Below, piece after piece: positions 9,988 to 19,571 of a stretch of 64,000 nt of DNA. Origin of the DNA: an archaeon (lineage in GTDB: Archaea; B1Sed10-29; WALL01). The notes under the pieces were generated by a model. That model saw nothing but the letters and a program-made list of their open reading frames with translations. It made no database searches and was not told the origin of the DNA. The translations under genes were made by a program, and so were the position numbers. Within the stretch, counting starts at the first letter, position 1. The number at the start of each line of letters is the position of its first letter. The DNA lies in assembly GCA_042584585.1 (NCBI GenBank), contig JBHOSQ010000002.1, positions 12,806 to 76,805 on the forward strand, written 5' to 3'.

Positions 9988-10724
9988 TCACCCAATAAAG
10001 AATTCATTAAATCGTCTATAGTGTAAAACCCGTTTTTTCCGCTGACGAACTCCGCGGCAAGCACCGCCCCGAGGGCGAATCCGCTGCGGTTCCGCGCCGT
10101 GTGCTTAAGCTCGATTGAGTCGGCGCCGCTGTCGAAGCCTACAACATGGGTCCCGGGAATGTTGCCGGCGCGAGTGCTGCTCACATGGATTTCGCCGGGC
10201 TCGATTTTGCGGGACAGCTTGTCGTAGACCAGCTTGTCTTTTCTGTCGATGTTCTTGAGCAGGATCTGGCCAATCATCTCGGCCGTGCCGCTCGGGCTGT
10301 CGGCCTTGCGGTTGTGGTGGAGCTCGTGCAGGAACACGTCATAGTCCAGCACATTGTTCACCACCTTGGAGGCGGACTCGACCATCCGGAAAAACATGTT
10401 CACGCCGATGGAAAAGTTGCCCGACCAAATGAACCCGATGCCGGAATCTGCGACGAGCTTTTTGGCGTCGTCCATTTTCCCGTACCAGCCGGTCGTCCCC
10501 ATGACAGCGTTTGTCTTCAGTTCCGCGTACTTCTGGAGGTTGGGAATCGCTGTGTCGGGGTGTGTAAAGTCCACCGCCACGTCCACGCCCTCGAGGGCAC
10601 CCGCGGTTATTTCCTTGAAGTCGCCTTCCTCCGGGTCAATGGTGACAAAGCCTATTCCACGGGCCTTCGCCACGGAAGCGATTTCGTGGCCCATGCGGCC
10701 GTACCCAACAATAGCTATTTTCAT
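9984..10724 (-). CDS. dapB: 4-hydroxy-tetrahydrodipicolinate reductase
   Basis: MKIAIVGYGRMG, DFT, GTTGW, NFSIG, ELHHNRKADSPSGTA. Start at ATG 10724 (ATGA overlap with the lysC stop). Confidence 0.95.
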   Translation of the reverse strand: MKIAIVGYGRMGHEIASVAKARGIGFVTIDPEEGDFKEITAGALEGVDVAVDFTHPDTAIPNLQKYAELKTNAVMGTTGWYGKMDDAKKLVADSGIGFIWSGNFSIGVNMFFRMVESASKVVNNVLDYDVFLHELHHNRKADSPSGTAEMIGQILLKNIDRKDKLVYDKLSRKIEPGEIHVSSTRAGNIPGTHVVGFDSGADSIELKHTARNRSGFALGAVLAAEFVSGKNGFYTIDDLMNSLLGE

Positions 10725-12025
10725 TCGAACAACTCCTTGTGCAATACCTTCACGCACTTCTCCAGGTCATCGCCAGGGACAACAAAAGACAAGTTGATTC
10801 TGGACGCGCCCAAAGAAATCATTTTGATTGGGATTTGGCTGTCGCCGCAAATCGAAAAAATCCTTCCCGAAGTGCCTGTCTTGTGCCTGCCGACGACGCA
10901 CACCACGGCCATGCCGTCCTTGACCTCGACCGTGCCGTACTGCTCCAGCTCAGCAATCGCGGCGTCAAGGTTTTCGGTGTTGTCCAGCGTCATCGAGACA
11001 CTGACCTCCGAAGTCGAGACCAAGTCCACCGAAATCGCGTGCTTCTCGAACGCCTCGAAAATCTTGGCGAGGAACCCATGGGCCAAAAGCATTCGCGTCG
11101 AAGCGATTCGCACCACTGTGACGCCGCGCTTGAACGCAATCGCCGTGAACTCGCGCTCCGCCTTTGCCTCCGGCAGGATGGCCGTGCCCGGATTCGATGG
11201 GTTGAACGTGTTCAGCACCCTCACAGGAATGCTCTTCTTGACCGCCGGCCAAATGCTCTTGGGGTGCAGCACCCGCGCGCCGAAATAAGACAATTCCGAA
11301 GCCTCGTCAAACCCAATGGCATCAAGGCGCTTCGCCGCCCCCACAAGCCGCGGGTCCGTCGTGAGCACTCCGTCCACATCAGTCCAAATCTGGATTTCTT
11401 CCGCGCCGAGCGCAGAGCCGATTATCGCGGCAGTATAGTCGCTGCCGCCCCGGCCGAGCGTCGTTATCTCGCCGGACGCGCTTTTGGCGATGAACCCGGT
11501 GACCACCGGGACTGCGCCGGTTGGGAGCGTGATGCCGCTGTACGTCTCGGGCAAGACCTCGGCACACGTGTGGCTGGAGTCTGTGACAAGCCCGGCGTCC
11601 CAGCCCATGACCGCAGTGGAAGAAGTGCCCTGGGCGGTGAAAAAGGCTGCCACTGTCTTCGCGGAAAAGCGCTCGCCGAACGACATCGCGTAATCACTGG
11701 TGCGCGGCGACAACTCGCCGAGCAAGTGAATGCCATGGAACACTTCACGCAGCTCGCTGAACTCCGCGTCGAGGAGATTGGCGTCAAGCCCGAGGGCCGT
11801 GAGCAATTCAGTGTGGGGCTTGGTAATGGAATCGACCAACGCGTCCACGCCGTTCTGTCTGGACACGGCTTTCCGCGCGCTGGACAGCAACAAGTCGGTG
11901 ACGCCTGCCGCGGCGCTGACGACTATGATTGGGCTCTTGTCCAGGCGCTCGGCCACAATGCCATGGGCTCGCCTGATGCAATCCGCGTCCCCCACGGACG
12001 AGCCACCGAACTTCATCACAATCAT
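10721..12025 (-). CDS. lysC: Aspartate kinase with C-terminal ACT domains
   Basis: MIVMKFGGSSV, GERFS, TTLGRGGSDYTA, WTDVDGVLTTDPR, GARVLHP, TSEVSVS. Start at ATG 12025. Confidence 0.95.
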   Translation of the reverse strand: MIVMKFGGSSVGDADCIRRAHGIVAERLDKSPIIVVSAAAGVTDLLLSSARKAVSRQNGVDALVDSITKPHTELLTALGLDANLLDAEFSELREVFHGIHLLGELSPRTSDYAMSFGERFSAKTVAAFFTAQGTSSTAVMGWDAGLVTDSSHTCAEVLPETYSGITLPTGAVPVVTGFIAKSASGEITTLGRGGSDYTAAIIGSALGAEEIQIWTDVDGVLTTDPRLVGAAKRLDAIGFDEASELSYFGARVLHPKSIWPAVKKSIPVRVLNTFNPSNPGTAILPEAKAEREFTAIAFKRGVTVVRIASTRMLLAHGFLAKIFEAFEKHAISVDLVSTSEVSVSMTLDNTENLDAAIAELEQYGTVEVKDGMAVVCVVGRHKTGTSGRIFSICGDSQIPIKMISLGASRINLSFVVPGDDLEKCVKVLHKELFE

Positions 12026-12029
12026 GGTT

Positions 12030-12902
12030 TTATCCCTTGTAAATCCTTGTGCCGGCTTTGCCGGCGAGCGCGGGGCCGAGCTGGTCAAGCGCGCAAACGA
12101 ATGCCTTGCCTCCCGCCTCTGCGAATGAGATGCACGCCTCTACCTTGGGCCGCATCGAGCCCTCTGCCAATGACGGCAGCAGCGCGCGGGCATCCGTGGT
12201 TGTAAGCTCGCGCAAGAGCTCCTGGCCATCGGAGCCAAAACTTTTGTAGACGCCTTCGACGTCAGTGAGTATCACGAGGCGGTCGGCGCCCAAGTCGCGG
12301 GCGAGCAAATCGGCGCAGCGGTCCTTGTCAATAACCGCCTCGACGCCGTCGTAGGTGTCGCCGTTCTTGACCACGGGGATTCCGCCGCCGCCGCACGTGA
12401 TGGCCACGGCTTTTTCGCACATGGCCTTGATTGCGTTGATTTCCAGTATTTGCTTCGGCATCGGCGAGGGGACTACTTTGCGGTAGCCGCGGCCGGAGTC
12501 CTCGACCATTCCCGGCTGCGGGGAGTCGTAGAACGGGCCGACGGGCTTTGAGGGGTGTGTGAACGCGGGGTCGCCCTGGTCCACAAGGACCTGGGTGACT
12601 ACGGTTGCTGCCTCGATGCCGTAGTTAAGCAGTGTTTTTTGGAGTATGTACCCAATCAGGCCCTGGGACTCGGCGCCGCAGACATTAAGGGGCATTGCAG
12701 GGGTCTCGGGCCACTGCTGCTGCAGGAGGATGATGCCGACCTGGGGGCCGTTGCCGTGCGTGAGCACGACTTTTTCGCCGCCTGCCACCAGCTTGGCGAC
12801 GGGCTTCATGGCCTTTTCGGCGTTGTGGATCTGCTCCTTTAAAGTGCCTTTTTCTCCGGGCTGGAGCAGGGCATTGCCCCCAAGGGCTATGACAGTGAGC
12901 AT
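12030..12902 (-). CDS. arcC: Carbamate kinase
   Basis: VIALGGNALL, THGNGPQVG, KPVGPFY, GYRKVVPSP, GGGGIPV, AVIDKD, GSMRPKVEA. Confidence 0.95.
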   Translation of the reverse strand: MLTVIALGGNALLQPGEKGTLKEQIHNAEKAMKPVAKLVAGGEKVVLTHGNGPQVGIILLQQQWPETPAMPLNVCGAESQGLIGYILQKTLLNYGIEAATVVTQVLVDQGDPAFTHPSKPVGPFYDSPQPGMVEDSGRGYRKVVPSPMPKQILEINAIKAMCEKAVAITCGGGGIPVVKNGDTYDGVEAVIDKDRCADLLARDLGADRLVILTDVEGVYKSFGSDGQELLRELTTTDARALLPSLAEGSMRPKVEACISFAEAGGKAFVCALDQLGPALAGKAGTRIYKG

Positions 12903-12934
12903 TACCACGGTTATGAAAAAAGGGCTTTTTATAG

Positions 12935-13606
12935 CTACTTCCCGAAGCGGCGGTCCCTAAGGGAATACGACGAGATGGCGTCGTCAAAATCAGGTTTTTC
13001 GAAATCGGGCCACAATTTCTTGGAGAAGTACAGTTCGCTGTACGCCGACTGCCACGGCATGAACCCCGAAAGGCGCTGGGTGTCGCCCGTCCGCACGATT
13101 AAATCGGGCTCGGTGGAGGTGTAGAGGGAGTTGGAAATGTTTTCTTCGGTCACCGGAAGGCCTGCCGCCACCACGGATTGGATCGCGTCGACGAGCTCCT
13201 GCCTGCCGCCATAGCCAATCGCAAGGTTTAATGCCCTCCCAGTGTTTTCCGCGGTTGCGCGCATCAGTTCGACTGCTGCCTCCTGCACGTAATACGGAAG
13301 CATTTCGAGGCGGCCGATGACGCTTACCTTGACGTCGTTGTCCGTGATGAGCGGGTCGTTCTTGGCCTCGACGAGCTTGCGGTTCAGCAGGCGGGTGAAG
13401 ACCGATAATTCTACGCCGGTGCGGGACAGGTTTTCTGTCGAGATGGTCCACATGGTCAGCTCGTTCAGCTTGGGGACCTCGAGGCACCACTCGAAGACCT
13501 GCCGTGTCTTCTCGAAGCCCACGGAGTAAGCCTTTGCGAAGTTTACGCCGTTCTTTAGGGCGTAGCGCCGGTTGCCGTCTGGAATAAACGCGATTGAGCT
13601 CAGCAT
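12935..13606 (-). CDS. uppS: cis-prenyltransferase (UppS-like polyprenyl diphosphate synthase)
   Basis: AFIPDGNRR, STEN, YGGRQE, PDLIVRTG..RLSGFMPWQSAYSELYF, R.RRFG. Confidence 0.92.
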   Translation of the reverse strand: MLSSIAFIPDGNRRYALKNGVNFAKAYSVGFEKTRQVFEWCLEVPKLNELTMWTISTENLSRTGVELSVFTRLLNRKLVEAKNDPLITDNDVKVSVIGRLEMLPYYVQEAAVELMRATAENTGRALNLAIGYGGRQELVDAIQSVVAAGLPVTEENISNSLYTSTEPDLIVRTGDTQRLSGFMPWQSAYSELYFSKKLWPDFEKPDFDDAISSYSLRDRRFGK

Positions 13607-13672
13607 GCAAAAACCTTTAAATAGGGTAGGTGCTCTATTATTCCCTTGCGCCGAATAAAAGGGTTTTGGTAA

Positions 13673-14368
13673 ATGGACGTCTCCGTGATTATCCCAACGC
13701 TCAACGAAGAGAAGTATCTAGCGCCATGCCTCGAAAGCCTAAGCAGCCAAAGATTCAGCGGCAGCTACGAAATCATTGTTGGGGACGGGTGCTCCACGGA
13801 CAAGACCGAAAAGATTTGCGGCGAATACGGCGCCAAATTCGTGGTCGAGCCCAAGCCAACCATTGCCGCGGGCAGGCAAAAGGCGTGCGACAAGGCAAAA
13901 GGCAGGATTATCGTCTCGACGGACGCGGACATACACGCGCCGGCCGAATGGCTGGATAGCATCGCCACGCAGTTCAACGGCAACGTCGGGCTTTACGGAA
14001 ACATCGTGCCGTACGACGGCTCGGCGGCAGAGGCGTGGGTCTGCAAGAACGTGATGTCCAAGTACATGCACTTGATGGACGTGCTCGGGAAGCCCGTTCC
14101 GGCGGGGTCGAATTTGTCGTTCACGCGCAAGGCGTTCAAGGAAGTCGGCGGGTTCAACACCGAATTGGTGACCGCGGAGGACCTTGACCTGACGCACAAG
14201 CTCATGGGCGTGGGAAAAGTCGCTTATAACCCAAAAGGAGTTGTGTATGTTTCGCTCCGCCGCGTCAAGGGATGGGGCTACGGCAACTACATCAAATTCC
14301 ACGTCACTAACGCCATAAAGTACCACACCACCGGCAAAAGCCACGACTCGTACGAGCCCATCAGGTGA
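13673..14368 (+). CDS. Glycosyltransferase family 2
   Basis: VSVIIPTLNEE, DGCSTDKT, DAD, GGF...EDLD. Confidence 0.9.
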   Translation: MDVSVIIPTLNEEKYLAPCLESLSSQRFSGSYEIIVGDGCSTDKTEKICGEYGAKFVVEPKPTIAAGRQKACDKAKGRIIVSTDADIHAPAEWLDSIATQFNGNVGLYGNIVPYDGSAAEAWVCKNVMSKYMHLMDVLGKPVPAGSNLSFTRKAFKEVGGFNTELVTAEDLDLTHKLMGVGKVAYNPKGVVYVSLRRVKGWGYGNYIKFHVTNAIKYHTTGKSHDSYEPIR

Positions 14369-14385
14369 ACCCCAGGAAACAGTGT

Positions 14386-14430
14386 TTACGGCGGCCTAGG
14401 GCTGGTTTTACGCCGTAATAACCTTTAAAA
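14386..14430 (+). promoter_or_regulatory. 8-bp inverted repeat immediately upstream of the TATA-like box of the pilus operon
   Basis: TTACGGCG (14386-14393), 17-nt spacer, CGCCGTAA (14411-14418), then TTTAAAA (14424-14430) about 30 nt before the first pilin start. Confidence 0.45.
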
Positions 14431-14459
14431 AGGCTTGTTGTGTTATTCCGCTCGGAATA

Positions 14460-15056
14460 GTGGATACCATGATGAAAGGTGTAAGCCCCGCTGTATCGTA
14501 CGTTTTGCTTCTGGCCGTAGTAGTTGTGATGTCCGTGGCCGCTTATTTGTGGGGCACTTACGAGATACAGCGCCTCGAAGACCTGCCCGTGGCGCACAAC
14601 ATCGAGTCACAAATGATTTCTGTCGACCAACTGGTCCAGGCGGTGAGCCACGGCGACACCAACTTCACGACAACGATGAATTTGTACTACAGGAAGGGCG
14701 TGATACAAGTCGACGAAAGCGATGGCTGGATTAAGTACACCGCGCAATTGAACGCTGACGTCTACGAGCGGCTGGAGGAGACCGCGAACTCCACATGCAA
14801 CTCCACAACCATCGTCATCCAGGACGACGCGACCGGAATAAAGATGTCACGGATGCCGTACACGAACGTGTTCCGCGGCAGCACGGGCGGCGACGAAGCG
14901 CAGGTAATCGAAATAGTTGCGTGCTACGACGACATTCAAATAGAGGAAAGCACGGTGTGCAAGGGGCGGAGCGGCCCGCGCGCGCAGCTCACCGCAAAAA
15001 AAACCGGGTACAACGCGACGTCAAGCAAGCCCATTGTTGAGGTGAGGGTCTGCTGA
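14460..15056 (+). CDS. Archaeal type IV prepilin-like protein (class III signal peptide)
   Basis: MMKG|VSPAVSYVLLLAVVVVMSVAAYLWG matches the archaeal pilin KG|xSP pattern; first gene of the ATPase/TadC operon. Confidence 0.8.
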   Translation: MDTMMKGVSPAVSYVLLLAVVVVMSVAAYLWGTYEIQRLEDLPVAHNIESQMISVDQLVQAVSHGDTNFTTTMNLYYRKGVIQVDESDGWIKYTAQLNADVYERLEETANSTCNSTTIVIQDDATGIKMSRMPYTNVFRGSTGGDEAQVIEIVACYDDIQIEESTVCKGRSGPRAQLTAKKTGYNATSSKPIVEVRVC

Positions 15057-15502
15057 AAGGCCAGTTCAGCGTCTCGTTCGTCGCGCGCATCGCGCTTGGC
15101 CTGCTGATGGTCGTGGCGATTGCGTACGCCACGCTCGCGCTCGAAGACTCGATAAAGCGGGAGTCACAAAAGCAGACGCTCGTGAACGTCGGGGAATACG
15201 TCGGGCGCAACGTGGTCACGATCATGCAGTACCTCGACCCCGGCCAGTCCGGAAACCAAACATTCCGAATCCCACTCTCAAAAGACTACTACGCGGGCCA
15301 ATACACGGTAAAGCTGGAGGACATTGACGACGTGGTGTACATAACAGTAACGTCGCTCAAGTGGTCGGACATGTCCGCGAGGCAGCCCCTGTACCTGAAC
15401 GCCAGCAAGGTCGACATCAACACGGCCCCCGCCTTCCCGCCCGCGGTGTGCGCAACAGCAAGCCGCAACACAACACATTACCAATTGTCATTGAACTGCT
15501 GA
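15050..15502 (+). CDS. Prepilin-like protein, probably initiating at CTG upstream of the ORF-track ATG (15107)
   Basis: The in-frame upstream sequence reads LLKG|QFSVSFVARIALGLLMVVAIAYA (class III signal). In-frame TGA at 15038; SD-like GAGGTGA at 15039-15045; no ATG/GTG/TTG before KG. Confidence 0.65.
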   Translation: MLKGQFSVSFVARIALGLLMVVAIAYATLALEDSIKRESQKQTLVNVGEYVGRNVVTIMQYLDPGQSGNQTFRIPLSKDYYAGQYTVKLEDIDDVVYITVTSLKWSDMSARQPLYLNASKVDINTAPAFPPAVCATASRNTTHYQLSLNC

Positions 15503-15512
15503 GGTTGAAAAA

Positions 15513-17477
15513 ATGCCCCTGTCCAAAAAGCTCCTCGAAAGGACCGCGAACAAAATCCGCAAGAAGCGGGCTGAAGACGAGCCCGAGGAAAAAGAGGAAG
15601 AGCTCACGCTCCCCGAAATCAGGGACATTGGGGACGACCTTCAGGTGGCGGACATGGGCGAAACGCTCGGCAGGATGAAGACCGAAGAAACCGCAGACGA
15701 CCAGGAAGAGCAAGTCGAAGAGCTAAAGAAAATCAAGGAAGAGTTCGAGACCGGGCAGAAGGCCGAGGACACGGAGGGAGAAAACATTCCGCACGCGGTC
15801 GACTTTTCCGCCATCCGCGCAGGCAAAAAAGTCCAGCCAACCGAAGTCAAGATTTCTGTTCAGGACTACGCCAAGATGAAGCAAAAAATCGAGAGCATCG
15901 AAAAAGAAAGCAAGATGAAGAACATCCCGCTCAAGGCACACAAAATCCCGACGCAGTACCTCAAAAAAATGGGGGTGGCGTGGAAGCCCCCGGAATTCAC
16001 CGAAGTAAACCAAATCTATTCGCTCGTCAAGCCGTTCGCGTTCGCCAACCTGTTCTGGGACAAGAACGAGAGCAGGCTTTCGTACTACATACTCGAGCCG
16101 CACCTCACCAAAGAGCAGCAGCGCACCCTCCAAATGATAAAAGAGATTGTCGTGGACCTGCTCGACGTCAACCTCTTCGAAATAAAGAGCACGACCTCTG
16201 TCAGGGACATACTCAAGGAAAAGGTCGACAAGGTAATCCGCGACTACGGAATGGCCGTCACCGAGCACGAGTACCAAAAAATCCTGTACTACATGTACCG
16301 CGACTTCCTGGGGTTGGGAATAATTGAGGGGCTCATGCACGACCCCAACATTGAGGACATCTCGTGCGACGGCGTCAAGATACCTCTGTACATTTACCAC
16401 CGCAAGTACGCAAGCATCCCCAGCAACCTCATGTTCCACAACGAAGAAACGCTGAACAAGTTCATCATCCGCATGGCACAGCGCTGCGGCAAGCACATCT
16501 CGGTCGCAGAGCCGCTCCTGGACGGTGCGCTGCCCGACGGAAGCCGCCTTCAGGCCACTTTCTCGTCACACAAAGACATTGCTATGCAGGGCTCGACATT
16601 CACAATCCGGAAGTTCACCAAGGACCCGCTGACGATTACGGACCTGCTGAACTTCGGGACGCTCCCCGAAATGATTGGGGCGTACCTATGGGTCGCGATG
16701 GAATACAGGAAGTCAATACTGTACGCCGGCGGGACCGCGACCGGCAAGACGTCTTTCCTGAACGCCATGAGCATGTTCCTCCCGGCCGAAATGAAGATTA
16801 TCTCGATAGAGGACACGCCCGAAGTAAGGCTGCCGCACGAGCACTGGCTGCAAAAAGTCGTGCGCACGGGGTTCGGCCGCGCGGACTTAACTGGCCGCAA
16901 GTCCGGCGAGATAAGCATGTACGACCTGCTTCGTGCCGCGCTTCGTGAGAGGCCCGACGAAATTATTGTGGGAGAAGTTCGTGGCAAGGAAGCGTACGTA
17001 CTGTTCCAAGGTATGGCGACGGGACACGCAGGCATGGCGACAATCCACGGCGACTCCGTAGACGCGGTGATGCACCGTCTTCAGACGCCACCGATTAACC
17101 TATCGGCCGGGCTTCTGCAGCACTTGAACATCATCATCATCCTGACGAAGGCGCGCATCAAGGGAATCGAGGTCCGCCGCATCAAGGAAGTCGTCGAAGT
17201 CCTGGGGCTGACAAAGGAACAGGAGCCAATCATCAACACACTGTTCAGGTGGAACCCCGCGACCGACACGTTCGAGTTCTCGAGCGACAAGAGCTATGTG
17301 TTCCAGCGCATCATCGAGGACAAGGGAATCGAAGAAAAAGACATTTGGGAAGAAGTCCAGCGCCGCCGCCAAATCCTGAAGTGGATGAAAGAAAACAACA
17401 TCAGGTACTACATTGACGTCGGCAAAATCATCCAAAAATATTATTCCGCCCCGGAAGAGGTGCTCAAGAACATATGA
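15513..17477 (+). CDS. Type II/IV secretion / type IV pilus assembly ATPase (VirB11/FlaI-like) with a charged N-terminal extension
   Basis: DPNIEDISCDG, LPDGSR, FTIRKF, Walker A GGTATGKT, SIEDTPE, LRERPDEIIVGEVRG, TGH...TIH. Confidence 0.93.
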   Translation: MPLSKKLLERTANKIRKKRAEDEPEEKEEELTLPEIRDIGDDLQVADMGETLGRMKTEETADDQEEQVEELKKIKEEFETGQKAEDTEGENIPHAVDFSAIRAGKKVQPTEVKISVQDYAKMKQKIESIEKESKMKNIPLKAHKIPTQYLKKMGVAWKPPEFTEVNQIYSLVKPFAFANLFWDKNESRLSYYILEPHLTKEQQRTLQMIKEIVVDLLDVNLFEIKSTTSVRDILKEKVDKVIRDYGMAVTEHEYQKILYYMYRDFLGLGIIEGLMHDPNIEDISCDGVKIPLYIYHRKYASIPSNLMFHNEETLNKFIIRMAQRCGKHISVAEPLLDGALPDGSRLQATFSSHKDIAMQGSTFTIRKFTKDPLTITDLLNFGTLPEMIGAYLWVAMEYRKSILYAGGTATGKTSFLNAMSMFLPAEMKIISIEDTPEVRLPHEHWLQKVVRTGFGRADLTGRKSGEISMYDLLRAALRERPDEIIVGEVRGKEAYVLFQGMATGHAGMATIHGDSVDAVMHRLQTPPINLSAGLLQHLNIIIILTKARIKGIEVRRIKEVVEVLGLTKEQEPIINTLFRWNPATDTFEFSSDKSYVFQRIIEDKGIEEKDIWEEVQRRRQILKWMKENNIRYYIDVGKIIQKYYSAPEEVLKNI

Positions 17478-18355
17478 TAGCAACGAAAAAGTACTCGCTC
17501 CTCGCGTACTCGCTGCTCAAGGGCCAGGTCAGGTACCTGCTGCCGTACTTCGAAAGCCTTAAGGTCACCATTCAAAAGGCAGACCTAGGGGTCGCGCTCG
17601 ACGAATACATCGCGTCGTACATCCTGTCCAACCTCATCGCGCTGCCCGCGGCATTCGTGATTATCTGGGTGTGGATTGCCACGTTCCTCAATGGGGGAAT
17701 ACTCGAAATACTCATATCGGAGCTCGTCGGGCTCTCGCTTGTGTCCGGCATGGTCGTCCTGATTTACATGATTTACCCACAGTACCGCGTCAACACACTC
17801 AAGAACGCACTCGACAAGCACGTCGCATTCGCCGCCACACACATGGCCACGATTGCTGGAACCGGCGTGCCGCCCCACGTGATATTCCAAATGATGGGGC
17901 AGTTCGACGACTACGGAGAAATCGCGAAAGAATGCAGGAGCATCTCGCAAAACATCGTGGTGTTCGGGTACGACACACTGTCCGCAATCTCGGACGTCGC
18001 GCAGCGCACACCGTCACACAAGTTCAAAGACCTGCTGTGGTCGATTGTCGCGACCATCCGCACGGGCGGGGACCTGCGCCAAATGCTTGTCTCCAAGTCA
18101 AAAGCACTCATGGAAGAGCAAAGGCGGATTGAAGGCAAATACATCGAGACCCTATCCATGTTCGCCGAAATCTACTCCACGGTCTTCGTCGCAGGAATAG
18201 TCATGGTGTTCGTGCTGCTGTCAATCATGGGAATACTCGGCGGGCTGCCCGTCCCAGTAAAGCTCGTGCTCCAACTGACCACCTACCTCGGGCTGCCGCT
18301 AGCCGCAATCGGGTTTATCGTACTAATCGAAACCAGCAAACCATCAGGAATATGA
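17474..18355 (+). CDS. TadC/FlaJ-like (T2SSF) membrane platform protein
   Basis: Two TM hairpins flanking MATIAGTGVPP...YGEIA...G.D..SA...TPS.KF......TGGDL; coupled to the ATPase by an ATGA overlap. Confidence 0.85.
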   Translation: MIATKKYSLLAYSLLKGQVRYLLPYFESLKVTIQKADLGVALDEYIASYILSNLIALPAAFVIIWVWIATFLNGGILEILISELVGLSLVSGMVVLIYMIYPQYRVNTLKNALDKHVAFAATHMATIAGTGVPPHVIFQMMGQFDDYGEIAKECRSISQNIVVFGYDTLSAISDVAQRTPSHKFKDLLWSIVATIRTGGDLRQMLVSKSKALMEEQRRIEGKYIETLSMFAEIYSTVFVAGIVMVFVLLSIMGILGGLPVPVKLVLQLTTYLGLPLAAIGFIVLIETSKPSGI

Positions 18356-18359
18356 TTCA

Positions 18360-19571
18360 ATGGCAAGAGAAGTGAACAGGGCAATCACCGAAGTCCGCGA
18401 CCAATTGAGGAAAATCAAAAAGCGCTGGAAAGTGCTTTGGTTACTCTCCCTAATCGCATTCGCCATGGTACTCTTCAGCCTAATCTTCCAGCCCGAAAAC
18501 TTCAACCTATGGACCCTCGGCGGATTCTTCATCATGAGCGTTCCGTTCTCGTTCTACATCTACGTCGAGCACAGCCGCCTCGCCAGCATAGAGGAGCACT
18601 TCCCCGACTTCCTTAGGGACATCGCCGAATTCAAGCGAAGCGGCGTCACACTCGCAAAAGCAATACAGAACGCGTCATCCAACGACTACGGCAACCTCTC
18701 CCCCGAAGTCAAAAAAATTGCGCTGGAACTGTCGTGGGGAGTAAGCTTCGAAGAAGCCATGCAGCTCCTGCTGGGCCGCGTGGAAAGCCCCATGATAGAC
18801 CGCGCCATCTCAATCATCACCGCCGCGCAATCGGCAGGCGGCGAAGTAACCACCATCCTCGAAACCGTTTCCGCGGACCTAAGAAAGCTCAAAGAGCTCG
18901 AGGCCGAAAGAAAATCCAAACTGTCAGTCTACACCATGACAATCTACGCGATTTACCTGCTGCTGCTGTTCATCATTATTGTCTTGACAGAGTCATTGGT
19001 CCCCGCAATCCCCAAAATGCAGGCAGCCGGCGAATTCCTCGGAGGCTCGGTCGGGTCAATCTCGGAATTCGAGTTCAGGGAACTCTTGTTCCAGGTCACC
19101 GTGCTCGAGGCACTGTTCGCGGGCCTGATTTCGGGACAAATGGGCGAAGGCAAAGTCACGGCCGGCATCAAGCACTCAATCATCCTCGTGATAATCACGC
19201 TCCTGGCGTTCCAGCTCGTGCCCCCCGCGACCATCGCGGAAAAAATCGGGGAAACCATCCTCGACATCCCACCCGCCTCAGGCGTTACCACGCGGTCCAT
19301 TGAAGGCGTCGGAGAGCTCACGGAAAGCTTTGACTCAAACGACGTGGCGACCGAAGTAAAAGCGCTCGCCAAAGAACGCAACCGAAACCAATACAAAGCA
19401 TTTAGCGGCAGCCAAATCGAATTTATATCATTCGGCTGCACGCCATGCACCAGCGGGGAACTCACAATCGAAAGCGGCGAAGTTACAGTCCTACAGCCAA
19501 CCATGATACGATACAGCGTGAAGTACGCAGGCGACAGGTACCAGGTGGCATTCAGTGACGCAAACATCTAA
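18360..19571 (+). CDS. TadC/TadB-like (T2SSF) membrane protein with a C-terminal soluble extension
   Basis: IEEHFPDFLRDIAE..RSG, DYG.LS.EV..LSWG..FEEA, GLISGQMGEG...GIKH; about 115 extra residues after the last TM. Confidence 0.85.
   Translation: MAREVNRAITEVRDQLRKIKKRWKVLWLLSLIAFAMVLFSLIFQPENFNLWTLGGFFIMSVPFSFYIYVEHSRLASIEEHFPDFLRDIAEFKRSGVTLAKAIQNASSNDYGNLSPEVKKIALELSWGVSFEEAMQLLLGRVESPMIDRAISIITAAQSAGGEVTTILETVSADLRKLKELEAERKSKLSVYTMTIYAIYLLLLFIIIVLTESLVPAIPKMQAAGEFLGGSVGSISEFEFRELLFQVTVLEALFAGLISGQMGEGKVTAGIKHSIILVIITLLAFQLVPPATIAEKIGETILDIPPASGVTTRSIEGVGELTESFDSNDVATEVKALAKERNRNQYKAFSGSQIEFISFGCTPCTSGELTIESGEVTVLQPTMIRYSVKYAGDRYQVAFSDANI

Noticed and set aside
10146-12205. Long plus-strand ORFs (380 and 488 aa) and similar antisense ORFs elsewhere (44764-45870, 61366-62355, 32728-33744)
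   Set aside because: Shadow ORFs antisense to well-supported genes, expected in GC-rich DNA; no recognisable motifs.
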